Shown: in pieces, positions 45,301 through 53,684 of the stretch
Numbering within the stretch: position 1 is the first letter of the stretch
How the letters are laid out: each line of letters starts with the position of its first letter
Origin: a virus
Lineage: Duplodnaviria > Caudoviricetes
DNA: 64,000 nt
Virus record (IMG/VR): IMGVR_UViG_2974723488_000001
Location: 1-64,000 of that record
Strand: one strand, 5' to 3'
Position numbers and translations under genes: made by a program
The notes under the pieces: model-generated
Seen by the model: the letters and a program-made list of their open reading frames with translations, nothing else
What the model was told of the DNA's origin: nothing
Database searches by the model: none

Positions 45301-46614
45301 CGCTCCAGCAGCTTTAACTGAAGCACCCGGTACTTGGACAGCACCAGCAGTTCCGAAGCCGTACAGGGCGCCTACGCCAGCCTGTTCACCCACACCTTCC
45401 AGAATGTCCGTGTTGGTATCGACATAGCGACGTTCAGCCAAATTCTGAGCCAGTTGGCCGGAACCAGACTGAATACCTTCTTCCACCGTCTCACGCAGCA
45501 GGTTGCCAACGAATTGGCCCATGTTGCCGACAGTGAAGGGATTCGATTCCAGACGAGCAACCAGGGGACCGGTAGCGGCACCCACAGGAGCTTGGATGGC
45601 AGCAGCCATCTTGCCGGTGGCATTAGCCACACGAACACGAGCATCTTCAGGAGACACACCCTGCTTGATCAGATCCTGGTACAGCGGGGAAGTCTTGGCC
45701 AGTTCAGCGAAGTCCTTCTTCATGACTTCTGCCGTCACCTGTTGGTAAGCACCACCGGCTTCCATGGTTCCCACTGCGGCAGCAGCCGGGGCAGCGCCAG
45801 CAGCAGCATTCAGGATACGGGCAGCAGACATACTGCCAGCAGCCGTATCGATTGCAGCCGCAGCACCCACACCTGCCTTGACGCTATTCGGGATGACAGC
45901 CTGACCGACCTTAGCGAAACCCTTGATCAGCGGACCAGCAGCCAGCAGGGAACCAACCCCTTGGCTAACGCCGGAACCAAGAGTGGCAGGATCCTGCACA
46001 GCTTGGGCCACGGAATCGAAAGCATCACGACCGATACGAGCAAGACCAGCCACGAGCTTGGAATCGCCAGCAGCGATGTCCTTCTCGTATTGGGCAGCGT
46101 TGTCACGGGTAGCTTCAGCAGTGCGGGCTTGGTTCACTCGACGACGAGCCTGGAGATCACCCGATTGGGTTCCCTGCGCCCATTCATTCAGATCACCGAT
46201 CTGGCTTGCCAGATTGGCACCGGCTTCTTCATTGAAGAGGCCCGTACCCAAGGCACCGATACCACCCACGGCATTAGCCAATCCCAGGCCAACATCGGTG
46301 ACCACATCACCGGCACCCTGGGAGAAGGTGCGTTGACCGGATTGATCACGCACCAGTTGACCAGCAGCATCAGCTCGACGAACCAGGGCATCGAAGCCAT
46401 AGTTCTGGGCATAGGTGTTGGCATCCTGAGTGCGGAGAGCTTGCTCTTGCGGACTGGCAGAATCCATCCCGGTTCCCGCCTGTTGTCCAGCCAGTCCCTG
46501 GTATTCCAGGCCACCGACTTCGGCTTTCTTCTGCTCGGTAGCGGCTGCGACAGCATCCCGTTTGGCAGCGCCAATGGAGTTCGCGTAACCGGCCAAGCGG
46601 TCAAAAGTAGACAT
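36301..46614 (-). CDS. virion-encapsidated RNA polymerase (N4 gp50-like)
   Basis: 3437 aa; NMTRVGRMQM, motif A EADGKTNG, motif B RGIAKNPLTITVYG, motif C KIFDGM; no Cys found on reading. Confidence 0.97.
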   Translation of the reverse strand: MSTFDRLAGYANSIGAAKRDAVAAATEQKKAEVGGLEYQGLAGQQAGTGMDSASPQEQALRTQDANTYAQNYGFDALVRRADAAGQLVRDQSGQRTFSQGAGDVVTDVGLGLANAVGGIGALGTGLFNEEAGANLASQIGDLNEWAQGTQSGDLQARRRVNQARTAEATRDNAAQYEKDIAAGDSKLVAGLARIGRDAFDSVAQAVQDPATLGSGVSQGVGSLLAAGPLIKGFAKVGQAVIPNSVKAGVGAAAAIDTAAGSMSAARILNAAAGAAPAAAAVGTMEAGGAYQQVTAEVMKKDFAELAKTSPLYQDLIKQGVSPEDARVRVANATGKMAAAIQAPVGAATGPLVARLESNPFTVGNMGQFVGNLLRETVEEGIQSGSGQLAQNLAERRYVDTNTDILEGVGEQAGVGALYGFGTAGAVQVPGASVKAAGAAVAPAAAVMKGTLNTVKAAANTALSPIMARGEAVMKQNEQASPVADRTVQAAAAEAVQTADQAAATMKEAVESVKATPEEKTEANQYIDDLVNAAKFNPAELDQPSMPQEVKDAVSTATTRAEAFEKLSDLINKSDEGSDAHMAASLTLHDMVGTMEGFFERMPSAIEKLPADHPAQEALAQFSNLAANLGNTPKVLRALRAVQGMLSEAQVKPVTEANIATPAGEQNIKLAVAQAEAAPEKANPEVIGQILKHASEGKIALNNSQLAALKSASALLQGARQFDLEAERLGLRPQDIVGKQIKTDETRAEGQYSALQHAKGIRSAYNAGNLDLAAARLDDFLKFAQHMQNKVGALNEHLISGNGDPNRSVKYQSLTAGRDWVESRKGLGVNPYDTKSVKFAQQVGLEAKTVGEIANALATAYPELKVDHVELVPLDQRLDAPASEVVKSFRQRDLDVAREAKKAAPAEEVVKEEPPVVTEEPAATVPPKAEPVVEAKQEDVTPETPAAPVQEPTVEKTGTAAVYPNLIEKNQFTNSFTLPTEARTRVIGSEAPLEDIAKVLTSNARMAAHLGAEANSKLDGDVISSYKDVMEVGRLVAQNMRDSLAKFVANDKIMSKLDREPNRWVMGKSLNITEQVGDTLQYNESLLQTAVLAGLQWRLTAVSRGSVKDMKDVASILGIDESLVPDSLLTDFQNGMTAVEAVNALAQKVESYWGLQRNPDAPIGYTKGIPAAVASELLAAFVKRGDVEVQNIAIDDMGNILADGEPGKVREVNLYRIRPLEDDDAVRQYPTAIEEAVLVNPEEKLFIGEDRPPVARTQLRNPGVENTPDQVRAIRNEQNTPFYVHNPTVRLYEALGREGILELFANGKMDEEVLNINDARSMDGQNRSIAAAFDQLSELTSQVDDQPIFYGYNMTRVGRMQMLGKYNPQSSKLMREAVLPTQSTLDLSNENTADFSAFALGLAQALGVKVETKPRADAVNEVMGMLKGPMAEAVEMIRAFQNESELPPNAVDVIRKALGGKPSFVGLMALQEYARYLHAENRSEFNTPLYVEADGKTNGPINAMALMTGGRFTSQWVTNMAKGGMFLGEPGKTLNDHYSKVDGRDLYQTTTDALAANVKVLRESLRGDPALSNQMTQLQTLMDLFLPDLSVNDAGELELKRGIAKNPLTITVYGSGAAGIAGKVVSTMVGEIYKRMSQVLQSRAADPNISAAEAMFGPQSESPAHAEEMLGKFLDAMEALTSDAVTLRKGNLVLESTGSGHARKMDPKTYTLKAAQMKALQANMLHLFVTPLRDAINSTIGEPLMEATREIQKATQVQSLFLQDAYKRGLDQAMEAKKAADPSWKESDFLSQKEMDAVMKSLAPLAPMIETGAQTFFVAGSETAEFSGNRHIARSLDESVRVPATFYGPSDAGVAGIPFLTIGMGDGMMMQELAAMKNGPTGTLKIFDGMNMKLSTITEDSVKANEAVYKSWQGNPAQAVSDSFQKFMKNADFSNMSDDLQAALRRSLLEPKYWNEKVKPEVLEAAALALGNRLANTALEVKARHNVMNRVQVTVDQMGAVGASYTNKGTVDFKGLTTDEKVAVLNQMFNEELAKLKAPAESTVEKEKLNPAFEAVGRVHAKSGARVLSVTAIKNLGKISRMSPEQAAVLNEIQKSLAAKEYKVVFGTPEQVNLYAELTGKQMMEPADLAEAKKGNIDGWTTFDDKTIYLTQPRTETLIHELVHAATFESVYAHYTGQDLGLQGRAVSEAVGRLEKLMDQFVAFDVSKESPEFQDAYTDAKMAIQDHLNNGFSDASLNKAAALNEFMAWGLTNRELSSKMKATPSLVQLIKDVIAGIKQLIWGRKVMPKVGEDMFSNLLFNSAIIMRSQPSIMEVARDTTLFQSHAYGADTRLAELNQTFDKLVTDYIGTDPVDQITTQSKVDQALMSATRLMVNVQANGFPMTTQEQSTFQMVVAALGTQAAIDPNSLAYAQELYSHVTKNAKVEDFMADPEANDPSDRYYAQEKYNVIMGNYLTETDAQGRSSLLPVFLGLAMVHDDLRQVLAKMPVPKANQKQDVSLDNILTNAGTKAMQTLNQTLAGARKAGNVTEAVDALARKIREVAQDRQTVYDSVATPTGNFIDRANDYIVQQMERLSDSTIAKADGVIANPDASKLAKGTAQAARLIAAVATEKNGAAVAEGVMTAMNKSKAWQPFHDFVNDLVGRTASNAGVYDMIKAVKSQVSQDRQQFREHLPTTIAEKFTRRLEDHEWSALHTGLGKADVAALRDHFSPDEVRDLLSKDKSFDRAVNDLEGKVQAADPAHWKLIQSKAKQLANYMITGVAGSNLLRNADAVAHLLGERKRNGRAAPTDSMVQDLDALISMYALEAIPSDKRAVLKELAETEVEGMDFSTAYMVGQRMEEQRKTKANKAARFNAYKGYIPAEAQQGLSLVVADDADFATLAEKSYVRIGDYKGSSADRFRGSRGYYFAPVSARSPFSQGIAQNVRSTAGGVDTNTGFTNGMTAGRITDRNTIAQVQRLLSQGEKSTETLLPVYDDQGKVTAYERSIDPARMAALNADDHFAKMVGVWRGRQVEEAKAQFFNDALVEKLYSMFKADGDKGQYVNVLDLREQRRDPVMADAIRLLNQETLDRAQGLFGEGEFWVRKDMLNDTFGYRSASVGDAWTGNSRWSKDTQDATKKLLLGVFGNNAYKYVMGAENVVQNVVKEAKTLIVVKSVIVPAVNFLANIYQMVGRGVPMKDIVLGIPKKTSEINQYLKTRLRQLEAEAELRAAQGDAVKERKLQAEIQSITDSHKRLSIWPLLERGEFSSISDAGISRDDILISEGKMQQYMEKLVDRLPKGLQTAGRYALITKDTALFQGIQKAVEYSDFMAKAIIYDDMTQRQKKSKEDALGRVTEEFINYDRLPGRFRGYMESMGLLWFYNFKIRSAKVAVSMIRNNPLHSLFATVAPKPEMFGNVGLPIEDNIFSVFAEGRLGYSIGPGQGLRAPNLNPWHNLVQ
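44014..44448 (+). CDS. candidate antisense overlapping gene nested in vRNAP (144 aa)
   Basis: local codon shift in vRNAP (Leu 12 CTT/CTC, 1 TTA, 1 TTG, 1 CTG by hand count); the rare TTA supplies the antisense stop. Confidence 0.45.
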   Translation: MIDLQLRVSRSEGIGNFADRFCLKSHLLGKFDRLGVIGVYPESLAALDPIPSSSEGLILDRTIRITIPRNQMLIERSDLVLHVLGELEKVVKASGGEIEVTRVVRRTNPLRMLKRRILSFCSRFIRLDLFTHNVLRTKTKAFRL

Positions 46615-46647
46615 GGTGTCTATCCTATAAGAGATATGTTTGTAGTA

Positions 46648-46656
46648 AGTCTACCA
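46648..46656 (-). promoter_or_regulatory. putative extended -10 late promoter for vRNAP
   Basis: TG-G-TAGACT on the - strand, between the upstream terminator and the vRNAP start. Confidence 0.45.
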
Positions 46657-46662
46657 CTATCC

Positions 46663-46695
46663 AAAAGAAAACGCCCCACTCAAGAGAGTGAGGCG
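46663..46695 (-). terminator. Rho-independent terminator
   Basis: CGCCTCACTC-TCTT-GAGTGGGGCG-TTTTCTTTT on the - strand. Confidence 0.8.
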
Positions 46696-46718
46696 CTGAG
46701 TGGCGAGGTCAGTGTACC

Positions 46719-48746
46719 TTAGCCAAGCACACCGGAGCGTCGATCAAGCCAATTTTGCAGACGTTCCGTGGAACGTTTGTCGGCCTTCTGAGACGTAGTG
46801 CCGGTAGTCTTCGGAGCCAGTTCCTGTTTCCGACGTGCTGCCCACTGGTTGTCCACTTCTTGGAGTTGACGAGTCAGTGCTTCGACACGGGCCTGAGCTT
46901 GCTCTTCCGCTTGAACCAAGGCAGGAAGGTTACGAGCCAGGGAAGGATTGGTACGCATGGCCTGCTGGAGCTTCACACGTTCCGCATTGGCAGCTTGAGC
47001 AGCCTTGGAGGCATCTTCAATCTGCTTGGCGAAGTTGCTACGCATCTCAGCCACTGCCACACGTTCCGGAGCATTTCCACGAGCAAACTCATTGTCCAGA
47101 ATCTGGTTGAGCCGGTTCGTGTTGATACCCAGGTTCGTCTTGGAGTCGTTATCCGTAGGACCACCACCGACCCAGGAAGTGAACTGATCCCAGCCACGAC
47201 CAATACCAGAGGTACGGCCGGAGCCAGCAGACGCCTTCAAAGCTTCGATCACCGTGGCATCGTTGATCGGCACACCTTGTGCAGCCATACGATCCTTGGC
47301 TTGTTCAATGTGCTGCATCAGCCACTGCTTGTCAGCACCTTCAAACGCACCACCCTTGCCGGTCAGTTCCGGCAACAGTTCAGAAGCAGGGCGAAGATCA
47401 CGGATCGAACGGTCGAAACCATTGACCAGAGTACCCGAAGCTTCTTGAGCACGACGGTTCAATGCATCCAGTTGTGCGATACGAGCTTGTCCAACAATCT
47501 CTTGCACCGGATTGAGATCGATACCAGTGTCTTGAGCAGAAACTTCCCTGCCTGCAATCTCTTGACGGGCCTGACTCCAAGGGATGTCCTTGTAGTGACC
47601 AACCTTCGAGTTGTTCAGAGCAGCCCAAGTCTTGGTGAGATCACCACCCTTGCGGTCGTTGTACAGAGCTTCAGCGATCTTCTCTTGGTTCTCCGGCGAC
47701 ATGGGCATGGACTTCCAGTCCGGACCCAGTGCCTTGGGGCCATACTCTTCCAGGGTTGCCTTGTTGATCTGGTAACGACCAACAGGAGAGTGACCCAGAT
47801 TGGGATCCTTGATCATGCCAGCCTGATGTTCCAGCACATCCGAGATGCTCATCGAAGTGATGGGACGGCTGGTAGGCGTGAACTTGAAGGTAGCGTCATA
47901 GGACGAGCCTTGGCGAGTACCGGCAGTACCAGGAGCAGAAGGAACAAAACCACCTTGTGCTTGCTGAGGCTGATCGGAAGGACCAAAGCCCAGACCAATC
48001 TGAGCACCTACCAGACGACGAGCAGCCGGGGACAGGGAGTTGATACCCGAGGCCACGTTCCGCTGGTACTGTTCTTCGCTGCCCGAGGACATGCGGTTCG
48101 ACAGGAGGTAATCGGATGCTTCCTTACGGGCAGCATCTTCTTCCATCCGGTTGCTCAGGTTGTATGAAGCCGAAGCATTGGAGGTCATTGCTCCTTGGTT
48201 CGACAGGGTACGACCTTCAGCAGCTTGGGTATCAGCCATCAGCTTCTGGATCTGATCGGTACGCAGACCCTTCAGGGCAGGATCTTGCAGAGCTTGTTGC
48301 ACCACACGAGGGTCACCCGAACGCTGGGCAAAAGCCAGAGCACGGATGGCAGGATCGGCAGCTTCCAGACGCTGGTCAGCATCAATCTGACGACCGAAGT
48401 TGTACTTGTTCTGAGCAGTGGACTGTACTTGAGCAGCCTGACGCACCAGATCGTTGGCACGGGAACCAAGGCCAGCCAAGGTCTCTGCCGACAGACGAGA
48501 GGGATCGATGCCACCCAGGATGGAACCATCCCGCATGGCAGCTTGGTAGGCTTCCGGGTCGTTGATCTGCAACGCACGCTGCATCACTTGGTTCCCCAAG
48601 TTGGCCTGATCTGCTTGCTGGAAATTCCCCAGCGAAGCAGCCAGCCGATCCAGACCACCCGTCACCCCTTGGTTGAATGCACGAATGCCTTCAAGCGCAC
48701 CCGAACCGGATACGCCATCGACATTTCGCCAAGTGAGTTGGGCCAT
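46719..48746 (-). CDS. ejection protein with lysozyme-like domain (N4 gp51-like)
   Basis: MAQLTWRNVD start; SPVGRYQINKATL..MSPENQEKIA..WAAL; Cys-free. Confidence 0.8.
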   Translation of the reverse strand: MAQLTWRNVDGVSGSGALEGIRAFNQGVTGGLDRLAASLGNFQQADQANLGNQVMQRALQINDPEAYQAAMRDGSILGGIDPSRLSAETLAGLGSRANDLVRQAAQVQSTAQNKYNFGRQIDADQRLEAADPAIRALAFAQRSGDPRVVQQALQDPALKGLRTDQIQKLMADTQAAEGRTLSNQGAMTSNASASYNLSNRMEEDAARKEASDYLLSNRMSSGSEEQYQRNVASGINSLSPAARRLVGAQIGLGFGPSDQPQQAQGGFVPSAPGTAGTRQGSSYDATFKFTPTSRPITSMSISDVLEHQAGMIKDPNLGHSPVGRYQINKATLEEYGPKALGPDWKSMPMSPENQEKIAEALYNDRKGGDLTKTWAALNNSKVGHYKDIPWSQARQEIAGREVSAQDTGIDLNPVQEIVGQARIAQLDALNRRAQEASGTLVNGFDRSIRDLRPASELLPELTGKGGAFEGADKQWLMQHIEQAKDRMAAQGVPINDATVIEALKASAGSGRTSGIGRGWDQFTSWVGGGPTDNDSKTNLGINTNRLNQILDNEFARGNAPERVAVAEMRSNFAKQIEDASKAAQAANAERVKLQQAMRTNPSLARNLPALVQAEEQAQARVEALTRQLQEVDNQWAARRKQELAPKTTGTTSQKADKRSTERLQNWLDRRSGVLG

Positions 48747-48758
48747 GTTGTTCTCCGT

Positions 48759-49286
48759 TTAGCGAGTCAGACGGTTGCGAGCGATGTACTCATCAGCCGA
48801 TGCTTGATCGCGGCCTTCCGTGACCGCACGAGAGCGAGCACGGTCTTCCAGACTGGTGTTGTAAGACTTGATCTGGTTGGTAAGGTTCGTCTCGGTGACG
48901 CCCTTGTTGAAGTTGAATTGGTCACGAGCCAACTTGTTGGCTTGCATGCCCGAGTAGATACCACCGATGGACGACAGAAGACCCAGACCCAATTGCAGAG
49001 TCGGGATATTCATGCCCAGGCCACCGAAGATACCGCCATTGCCAGCAGCACCTGCGGCGCTGGAGCCAAGGGAAAGAGCACCACCGCCACCCACACCGGG
49101 CAGAGCACCTGCGACAGCAGGAGTGGCACCAGGCATTTGGAGACCAGTGGAACCACCACCCAGGCCACCGAACAGGCTGGCCCCTTGAGTGGAGTAAGAG
49201 TTGATGGAACTCAGGTCATTGTTACCGCCCCACGAGAATTGGTAGGGCGGCATGACGAGACCAGTTCCAGAAGCGGAGTCGAACAT
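48759..49286 (-). CDS. small virion/ejection protein (N4 gp52-like)
   Basis: Gly-rich TM segment then NQIKSYNTSLEDRARSR. Confidence 0.8.
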   Translation of the reverse strand: MFDSASGTGLVMPPYQFSWGGNNDLSSINSYSTQGASLFGGLGGGSTGLQMPGATPAVAGALPGVGGGGALSLGSSAAGAAGNGGIFGGLGMNIPTLQLGLGLLSSIGGIYSGMQANKLARDQFNFNKGVTETNLTNQIKSYNTSLEDRARSRAVTEGRDQASADEYIARNRLTR

Positions 49287-49296
49287 ATTTGCTCCA

Positions 49297-51945
49297 TTAT
49301 TCCAGTTGAAGGTTCATTGCGGAAAAGTTGCCGATCATGCTCATAGACATGTCAGCAATGTCACTACCCGTCATCAAGGTTCGAGCCAAGAAGGATTCAC
49401 GGGATTCCGTAGTGTCCGTCAGCACGTCAGTCAGAGAGCGGGGATCAATCACACCGTTGCTGTAGCCGAAGTCTTGTTCGTACTTCTGTTGCAGGCTCAA
49501 CATCTCCTTATTGTAAGCCTGCATCATGTCTTCAGTCTTCTTCAGAAGTTCCTGAGTACCAGCATTGATGTACTGAGCTACTCCATTACCCATGGCCGTG
49601 GTCAGCTTCAGCAGGTTATCCGCCCGCATCATCTGGCCCATCATGGTGGACATAGAGGTTCCAGAAGCCATTGCCGTGCCTACTTGGATCGCAATTAGGG
49701 ACGCAATGGTTCCAATAATGGCACCCAGCTTTTCCCCGAAAAGCATGTTGGCACCCTTCTGGATGATGGAAGTCAGAATCATCGCAGCCATGGCATTGGC
49801 AATCGCCCCTACGATGACAGCAGCCAGCCCAGTGAAACCCAGGGCAGCACCAACGGCAACGTTGGTTCCGAGAAGACCAGCACCAGCACCACCGGAATAG
49901 ACAGCAATCACCACGATGACGACGATCACCACCACCTTGAACAGTCCAGTCTGATACCACTTCTTCTTCACCTTCTTGTAGCTGTTCAGCACAAGGTAGT
50001 TGGAAGCAGTAGCCATCTGAGTGGAACGAACCAAAGGCATGGACCGGAAGATGTCTTCGTGCAACGGGATGATGAAGCCAGATTCCTCGGCATCATTCAG
50101 GGCTTCACGGGAGTCAATGTCCACCGACTTGCCGTCGTACACACGGTTCTTGTGGTTGGCTCCATAGATGACCATCTGACGCCAGTTGTTCGGAGACACC
50201 TGCCATTGCATGGTCATCTTCTCAATCTTCTTGGATCCCAAGACATCGAAGGTATAGCCACTGTCATCCCAGCTACGGTAGATCACCGGATACTTTTCAT
50301 TCCCATTATCGATGAAGCGAAGCTGTCCCGGCTTGGCTCCTGCCCATGCCTGCCCAGAATTCGAGGTGTACTCCAACATAGACCACGAGATCTCCATGTC
50401 GTATTCCATACCCGTCGAAGAGCGGATGCGGAAAGACTTGGAGGGCATCACCGGAAAGGAACCACGGGGAGGCTCTGGCTTACCAAACAAAGGGTTCTCG
50501 TAATCACGCTGGGAGTTGTACCAAGCAGTCCACTCCTGCTCCATCCGGTAGGCTTCGTAGTACGCAGCTTTCCATTGAGCCATGGTAGGGTAGTTCGGAT
50601 TCGGGGGCGAAGACTCCAGCATCAACTGGAAGAACCGGAAAATGTACTCCTTGGCAGTGTGCTCAGGCGTGTTCAGGGAACAGCCAAACACACCGTAGAT
50701 GTATTGGATATCTCCGATGTCCTTGTTCTTCTGCAACTCCTTGACGATCTTGGAGAGCTTACCCCCCGTGGCTCGCCGTAAGGCTTTATTGGATGCTTCC
50801 AATAGAGAGCCACCCACCCAGTTCTTCAACTTGATGGGGATGAACGGGAAGAAGCGTTGCCCCGTATTGTTCGCCTCAAACATTGCATCCAGCACAGGAC
50901 GGCCAGTGCCTTGCTTGTAGATGAATATCTTCAGCGGACCAACCGGAAAGCTCTTCGTCTCCTGGTAGTCCATGCGGTAGGAACGAGCAAAGCGTTGCAC
51001 ATCCTTAGTGGTCTTGCGAACAGTGGTCTTGGTAACCCCACCTTCCACTTCTTCTTCCGTGGTCGTGGTGACTTCCTGTTCTTTCGGACCCAGTTGATGG
51101 AAGTGGAACATGTAGTTCTTGCGACGAAGAATGGCACTGGAACCAGGGACAACACCTAGGTAATCCGTCTTCGTGTAGACAGCTTCAGACACCGTATAAG
51201 TGTCAACGTAATCATCTTCCCACACATCACTGTAAGGGGGACGACCATCGGACCAAGTAATCGAAGTCTCGACCTTGGTATGGATATTCACTTCCTCATT
51301 GTGGGCATTGTTGCTAACCAATTCCCAACCAGTGGTGGAGGGGAAAGGATCCGTAGGACCAATGCTTACCGGCACTCCAGTGACATATGGAGCCACAGAG
51401 TCAGGTGAAGCAAGGTTGTACGAGCAGTACAGATACAGTGAACCAGGGTTGAGATCCACAGGCGCAAAGGTGTTCTTGGACTGATCGGGGTACGTGATGG
51501 TGATGACACCATTGTTGTAGTCCGACTCCCAAGTACCCATTGCCTTATCGGGACGATTGTTCAGCACATACTGGTCAGCCCAGTACGTGAAGTCACCATA
51601 CCCGATCTCAGCGGATTGAATAGCCACAGACTGCCCCGGAAGTACCGGGATCTGAGTAGCGATCACGTCATTGTTCAAACGACCAACAGTGGACAAAGCC
51701 CCGTAGGCAATGCCCACTATCGGTTCGTAGTTAGGACGCGCCCACCGGGCAAAGTTACGCATGCGAATCCCTGGCCCATTCAGGTACGACTTCGGGATGA
51801 GTTCCCCCATCGAAAAGTTCGTTTCCGACACGACACCCGAAATGACGTTCACTTTCAGGTAGTCGGAGCGGTCCTTGATGTCCCCTGCCAAGTTATAGAC
51901 AGAGGACGCCACATAGACCTTGGTGGAACCAGAGAAGAAACCCAT
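49297..51945 (-). CDS. virion structural protein (N4 gp53-like)
   Basis: MGFFSGSTKVYVASSVYNLAGD; KKWYQTG followed by hydrophobic helices; synteny. Confidence 0.8.
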   Translation of the reverse strand: MGFFSGSTKVYVASSVYNLAGDIKDRSDYLKVNVISGVVSETNFSMGELIPKSYLNGPGIRMRNFARWARPNYEPIVGIAYGALSTVGRLNNDVIATQIPVLPGQSVAIQSAEIGYGDFTYWADQYVLNNRPDKAMGTWESDYNNGVITITYPDQSKNTFAPVDLNPGSLYLYCSYNLASPDSVAPYVTGVPVSIGPTDPFPSTTGWELVSNNAHNEEVNIHTKVETSITWSDGRPPYSDVWEDDYVDTYTVSEAVYTKTDYLGVVPGSSAILRRKNYMFHFHQLGPKEQEVTTTTEEEVEGGVTKTTVRKTTKDVQRFARSYRMDYQETKSFPVGPLKIFIYKQGTGRPVLDAMFEANNTGQRFFPFIPIKLKNWVGGSLLEASNKALRRATGGKLSKIVKELQKNKDIGDIQYIYGVFGCSLNTPEHTAKEYIFRFFQLMLESSPPNPNYPTMAQWKAAYYEAYRMEQEWTAWYNSQRDYENPLFGKPEPPRGSFPVMPSKSFRIRSSTGMEYDMEISWSMLEYTSNSGQAWAGAKPGQLRFIDNGNEKYPVIYRSWDDSGYTFDVLGSKKIEKMTMQWQVSPNNWRQMVIYGANHKNRVYDGKSVDIDSREALNDAEESGFIIPLHEDIFRSMPLVRSTQMATASNYLVLNSYKKVKKKWYQTGLFKVVVIVVIVVIAVYSGGAGAGLLGTNVAVGAALGFTGLAAVIVGAIANAMAAMILTSIIQKGANMLFGEKLGAIIGTIASLIAIQVGTAMASGTSMSTMMGQMMRADNLLKLTTAMGNGVAQYINAGTQELLKKTEDMMQAYNKEMLSLQQKYEQDFGYSNGVIDPRSLTDVLTDTTESRESFLARTLMTGSDIADMSMSMIGNFSAMNLQLE

Positions 51946-51947
51946 GA

Positions 51948-52847
51948 TTAGCCCAGTGCGTTGTTTGCCTTCAGGGTGCCGAGCACGCCATCCAGCGAAG
52001 AGTTCTGGAAGTTCGACGGGGGCGACAGACCTTCGTCAATCGTCTTCATCGTGATCCAGGCATCCGTGAACAGCTTCGCAGCCTTCACTTCAGCATCTCG
52101 TTTGTAGCTCGTGATCTGTTGATCATAGAGAGCCTTTTGCTTGCCAGTCAGACCAGTCACCGGCAGACCATCCGAACGGATATCCGTGGTCTGGGATCGT
52201 TGGCTTTCCATTTGCTCATTGACCATCTTGATCTGAGCCGTGGTCAGCTTGGTCTGTTCAACAGCATTGGAGGTCTGTTCCTTCAACAGAATGAACTGTT
52301 GGGGGAGCATGGTGGACAGGTTGTACTGAGCCGTGCAGTAGCCCACCGATTCGGTGGAGAGCTTCAGCTTAGTCAGTGCATAGCCAGCCTTCGTGCTCAA
52401 TGCCTCGAACTTGGCATTGATGAACTGAGCTTTCAGGATACCCAGTTGAGCACGTTGGGAGATGACCTGCATCTGAGTCAGTGCAGCCTTCCAGAATGCT
52501 TCATCACGACCCAGGAGATACTGGGTAGCGTTGGCCATGCAGGCTTCAGTCAGGGCAATGTATGCCTTGGTGTATTCAGCACCGGCAATCTTGCCCGACT
52601 TGTATTGCTCTGCCAGATGTTCCTTCACGGACATCATCAGGTAGTCGAACGTACCCGTACCATCCACCACCTTTGTAGTCAGGTCTTCATTGGTCAGCTT
52701 CGGGAGTTCGCCAAAGACGGGGTTATTGATACCCCCCGGCAAATCCCAATCCGTACCCGACATATCGATATCAGGGAGTTCAAAGTCCTCGCCTGCGATG
52801 AGAGCACGGAATAGGGAATTGGCTTCGAGTTCAGCACCGCAAGACAT
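51948..52847 (-). CDS. virion structural protein (N4 gp54-like)
   Basis: [31 protein letters not shown]. Confidence 0.8.
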   Translation of the reverse strand: MSCGAELEANSLFRALIAGEDFELPDIDMSGTDWDLPGGINNPVFGELPKLTNEDLTTKVVDGTGTFDYLMMSVKEHLAEQYKSGKIAGAEYTKAYIALTEACMANATQYLLGRDEAFWKAALTQMQVISQRAQLGILKAQFINAKFEALSTKAGYALTKLKLSTESVGYCTAQYNLSTMLPQQFILLKEQTSNAVEQTKLTTAQIKMVNEQMESQRSQTTDIRSDGLPVTGLTGKQKALYDQQITSYKRDAEVKAAKLFTDAWITMKTIDEGLSPPSNFQNSSLDGVLGTLKANNALG

Positions 52848-52869
52848 AGCGTGCTCCTATTCTTGGTTC

Positions 52870-52902
52870 AAAAAGAAACGGCCCACAGAGTCTGTGAGCC
52901 GT
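52870..52902 (-). terminator. Rho-independent terminator
   Basis: ACGGCTCACAG/CTGTGGGCCGT-TTCTTTTT on the - strand. Confidence 0.8.
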
Positions 52903-52923
52903 GGTCAGGGTAGAGCTTAACCC

Positions 52924-53619
52924 TTAGTCGCCGTTCGTGCTACCGGCTGCGATCTGTGCCTTGCGGAGATCGTCCAGTTCTTCCTGCGTCAGCGGGGGCA
53001 GGACTTCGATGGCGAACTCGCGGACCCAGGAGGTTTCCACCTTCTCGCGGCCAGCACGGTCCTTGCCGACACGGATGTTCAGGAACTTGCGCTCCTTCAT
53101 CATCTGGTAGATGCACCAGGGAATGTGGTAGCCGTTGTCGGTCTGTTCACCGTAGGGAACGAACTTGCGGATCGTGCCGATGTATTCGTTGGCGACGGTC
53201 AGGATCTCGCCGGGCAGATCCTTCTTCTTCGGATCCAGGTTCTGGATACGGACACGCACCAGACGGGTCTGTTCCAGACGCAGCTTGGTACGGAATTGAG
53301 CCGGGGTCAGTTCGGCTTCGGGCTTGTCTTCACCCGTGGCTTGAGCCAGGGGATTGACCGGGGCAGCGGCCGGAGCGGATGCAGCATCACGCTTGGCTTC
53401 ATGTTCTGCGATCTTGGCTTTCAGGGTCTCGACGCTGATGTTGTTCGAGAACTTCACACCCATCAGGGTGGCACGTTGCTTCAGCAACGCCAGTTCATCG
53501 ACTTGCAGATCATCGTTGTCGTTGCCAGCCGGGGCGGTATTCGTGGCTTCGGTGGCACCGTTGCTCTTGGCTTGGTCGTCGTCGCCATTGGCAGCAGGAG
53601 TCGGATTCAGGAGGCTCAT
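52924..53619 (-). CDS. conserved late protein (N4 gp55-like)
   Basis: LVRVRIQNLDPKKKDLPGEI, LPPLTQEEL. Confidence 0.8.
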   Translation of the reverse strand: MSLLNPTPAANGDDDQAKSNGATEATNTAPAGNDNDDLQVDELALLKQRATLMGVKFSNNISVETLKAKIAEHEAKRDAASAPAAAPVNPLAQATGEDKPEAELTPAQFRTKLRLEQTRLVRVRIQNLDPKKKDLPGEILTVANEYIGTIRKFVPYGEQTDNGYHIPWCIYQMMKERKFLNIRVGKDRAGREKVETSWVREFAIEVLPPLTQEELDDLRKAQIAAGSTNGD

Positions 53620-53640
53620 GGTAGTTCCAGTAGGGGATAG

Positions 53641-53668
53641 AGAAATGGGAAGGGGTTTCCCCCTTCCC
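53641..53668 (-). terminator. terminator after the major capsid gene
   Basis: GGGAAGGGG-GAAA-CCCCTTCCC-ATTTCT on the - strand. Confidence 0.7.
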
Positions 53669-53684
53669 TTGGTTCAGCCCAGCA

